Shown: positions 61,116-64,000 of the stretch, one piece after another
Layout of the letters: each line of letters starts with the position of its first letter
Numbering within the stretch: position 1 is the first letter of the stretch
Assembly (NCBI GenBank): GCA_965178125.1
Contig: OZ237766.1
Location: 682,001-746,000 of the forward strand
Direction: 5' to 3'
DNA: 64,000 bases
From: Bilabrum cf. latius
Taxonomy: Eukaryota
Notes under the pieces: model-generated
Database searches by the model: none
Seen by the model: the letters and a program-made list of their open reading frames with translations, nothing else
Told to the model about the DNA's origin: nothing
Position numbers and translations under genes: made by a program

Positions 61116-61392
61116 GTGGGCTCGCAGTATGCCCCGATCGGGTAGATCTAGAGTTGCACACATCTCACTCTTCTTCTTCTTGGAAGTCGCACGCACGGTA
61201 GGTGCAGCCGAGTGCGGTGTACCCTACAAGCAACTCATATAGACTGTGCTCTTACACTCACAGACGGAAGCATGTTTGCAGAAAGTGCGCCAGGGTATCG
61301 CAGGCAGGCCTGCGAATCAAGCATTGATGGCGACGTGCTGTATTCGACAGCCCCTCAGGCTGTTTTGCGTTGTTTTGTCCACCAGCGGCGGC

Positions 61393-64000
61393 TTACCCGG
61401 TCCCCTGCTCCGCCAGTCTCGCTCGGATGTGCTGCACCGTGTCAGCGAACTCCTCGCTCGTCACACCCGATACCTTGGCCGCGTCCTTCGCTGGGATGAC
61501 GGTCCCCCCACTCCCTGCGACCCCTCCCTCCCCCTGGGCCTGCTCCCCACCTCGTGACCCCGCCCCCATCCGGTGCACCCCTGCAACCCCCCCGCCTCGT
61601 GACCCCGCCCCCATCCGGTGCACCCCTGCAACCCCCCCGCCGCGTGACCCCGCCCCCATCCGGTGCACCCCTGCAACCCCCCTGACATCGTCTGATGACA
61701 CGCTCATATCCCCCCGAGCCCAGTCGCTCCCCAGGCTCCTGTTTCCCTCCCCCGCCATGGGGTCACCCCCGCCCCCCCTGCTCCCCCCCGCCAGCCCCAT
61801 GAGCCCCCTCATCTCAAGCAGGTCGCTCACGCTATACAGGCTCTGGTTTCCCTCCCCCGCCATGGGGTCATTCGGGTTTGTGCCGGGCACGTGGTGCATG
61901 GCGCTGCTGTCGCCGAGCCCCGCCCGCAGTCGCTCCATGTCCGCCACGCTAGCAGGTCGGTGTGCATGTGCAGGCTGCGAGTCGGACTCCCCTGACCCTT
62001 GCTCGAGAACAGCGCTGCTGATCCGGCCCCGGCCACTGCCGCCGTGCGGATCCTCCGAGACGGATGACGACGAGGAGGAGGTGATGTTGCCAGGCGCCAT
62101 ATCACTGCCGTGCAGTGCACCAATTCCCAACCCCACAGCTCCACGGGCCCCTGGTGTCCCCGGGACGCTCACGCTGCCTGCAGATCTAGCCCCCAGCCCC
62201 CCGTGCACGGGGCCCGCCCCCGCTTGTGCCCCGACCTCAGCCCCTGCCCCCCGCTGCTGCCCCTGCCCGTACATGCTGCCCAGCGACTGCGCCCCGATGG
62301 ACAGCGCGCCCAGCCCCATGAAACCCCCTGCTGGACTACTCCCCCCCGGACTCTGGCTATGCTCCTGCACGTGCCCCTAGCCTTGATGCAGGCGCAGGGT
62401 GTGCTGGGGTGCCCCCGGGGGTGTATCGCTGGGCATGGTCATCATCTGCTGCCTGTGCTCGTCCTTGATGTCCCGCTGATGCTGCATCATTTCAATGCTG
62501 TTCTGCATCTGCTGTAGTGCGAGCATGCGCTGCATGTGCAGTGCACGGTGGTGGTGCAGCTGCTGCTCCCTGTAGGCCTCCGCAGGGCCGGTCATCCCAT
62601 GCACGCCTGCATACCCCTAACCCCAGCCGGGGGACGATGCGGGGTGCCCCGGGGGGTACGAGGGGGCGCCAAAGGCCCCTTGGGCGGCCGCCGACAGACT
62701 CTTCAGCCCCTCATGCCTCGAGCTGTGCGAGCTGGCGGTGCTGCGGTTGGACGAGACATGCTGGCTTGCCGGGCCAGTGTTTGGCAGGACGCCGCCCATG
62801 CGATCCGGTCGGCGACCTGAATCATGGTACGACTGCCCGGGGCCCCGCCCGTGGAGTCCTGGAGCAGCAGGTGGCAGGCTGGGCGGCACCGGATGCAGAC
62901 TGAACTCGGAGCCCTGTGAGTGTGACGAGTGTGCCGCCGGAGCGACGGGTGACTCGGGCCTGGAGCCGACTGCCACCCCATATCCCATGCCATGGGCCCC
63001 CTTGCCCTTGCCCTTGCCCTTGCCCTTGCCCTTGCCCTTGCCTTTGCCTTTGCCCGCTCTCCCCCTGCTTGACCCAGGCCCTGCCCTCGGGGCCCTCCCC
63101 TGCAGCGTGGCATCCGCGGCCCAGTCAGACACAACAGTGGGTCCGCCCAGGCCCAAATACTCCCGAAGGTGCGGGGGGACTGCAGGGCCCTGCTGGCCTG
63201 CCTCTGCTCCGCTTGGGCTGGAGCCATCCCCCCCCCTGCCTGCACCCTCGGCAGGGGGGGGCAGCACGGGGATGGCAGAGCACACGAACATCTGCGCCTG
63301 CCCGTCGCTTGCCCGCAGCAGGGACATGGACACCAGCGAGGACACGGTCCCTCGCCTGAACTTGCACAGCTTGCGGAAGCAGTGCACCATCGGAGTGCCG
63401 CACCCGTCCTGCCCCACGGTGCCAGCCAGCGGCCTGGACTGCGCCGCCACCATCATGGCAGCCCTGGCGTCTTCGCACGACTCGCAACTGTGGCGGGAGG
63501 CGTCCTCGGCCGATCCCTTTCCTCTTCCATTGCCTTTCCCCTTCCCCTTTCCTGTACCTCTACTTCGATCACTGCCCGCACTGATGCTTCCCTGTCCTGC
63601 CTCCGCTCCGTCACCACCGCCATCACCACCGCCATCACCACCGCCATCGCCACCGCCACCCCCATTTACCCCCCTGCCTTCCTGCTTGCCCTGGTGAATG
63701 AGGGAGGACACCACGTCGAACATGCTGTCCAGCTCGCTCTGGGGGGTCAGCGAGAACACGCTAGAGGCGCGGAGCTGGTCTGCCGTGTACCCCGTGAGCG
63801 CCCTGAACAGGGCGTTCGTGCGGCGGAAGGAGCCGTCCGGGGCTGCCACCGCCATGGCCACGGGCGCCAGTTCGAACACGCAGGGCAGCGGCAGGGGGGC
63901 GCCGGGCAGCGGCAGCAGAGCGCCGGGGGCAGGCACGGGGGTGGGTCGCACGGGGACTGGGGCGGTGTAAGAAGGGACTCCCCCTTGGGAAGGCAAGCCG
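61393..64000 (-). CDS. PAS-domain protein, probable bHLH-PAS/bZIP-PAS transcription factor; 5' end is outside the window
   Basis: Contains VFELAPVAMAVAAPDGSFRRTNALFRALTGYTADQLRASSVFSLT...FDVVSSLI and a later VSMSLLR...MFVCS. TAGs at 62617 and 62377; ends TAA. Confidence 0.75.
61553..61682 (-). repeat. 45-bp coding repeat x3 (GVAGVHRMGAGSRGG)
   Basis: Units start at about 61553, 61598 and 61643. Confidence 0.85.

Noticed and set aside
1-64000. Pyrrolysine or selenocysteine recoding
   Set aside because: This is a eukaryotic locus with no pyl genes. TAG falls at Gln-type and low-complexity positions in many unrelated proteins, and Sec uses UGA.
1-64000. Suppressor tRNA-Gln(CUA), eRF1, rRNA or transposase genes in the window
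   Set aside because: I recognised no cloverleaf, release-factor, rRNA or transposase/RT motifs by eye. tRNAscan-SE and HMM searches would be needed to exclude them formally.

Overview
This is GC-rich, gene-dense eukaryotic nuclear DNA from a protist. It is probably a stramenopile, inferred from a bHLH/bZIP-PAS-type PAS domain and a stramenopile-type EF-hand protein. It carries about 25 protein genes with few short GT-AG introns. Main result: TAG is not a stop codon here. Reading TAG as Gln joins the fragmented ORF track into full-length conserved genes, including CEBPZ/Mak21, a sulfatase, ALG1, mitochondrial PheRS, a GT41 glycosyltransferase, an iGluR-like channel, a TBC+PX protein, WDR5, an EF-hand protein, a TIM-barrel isomerase, HAL2 and a PAS factor. 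I count more than 80 in-frame TAGs by hand. Every gene end I could resolve is TGA or TAA, and I saw no in-frame TAA, so UAG and UAA are decoupled (UAG=Gln, UAA/UGA=stop, table-15-like). Second result: a non-palindromic motif, GGTGTGACGAGTG, is strongly over-represented (about 40 core copies). It sits inside coding sequence on both strands and in several reading frames, alongside two companion motifs. Also present are four dispersed copies of an ankyrin-like module, several coding tandem repeats and very short (about 125-160 bp) divergent promoters. All coordinates, counts and family calls were made by eye, and no database searches were run.
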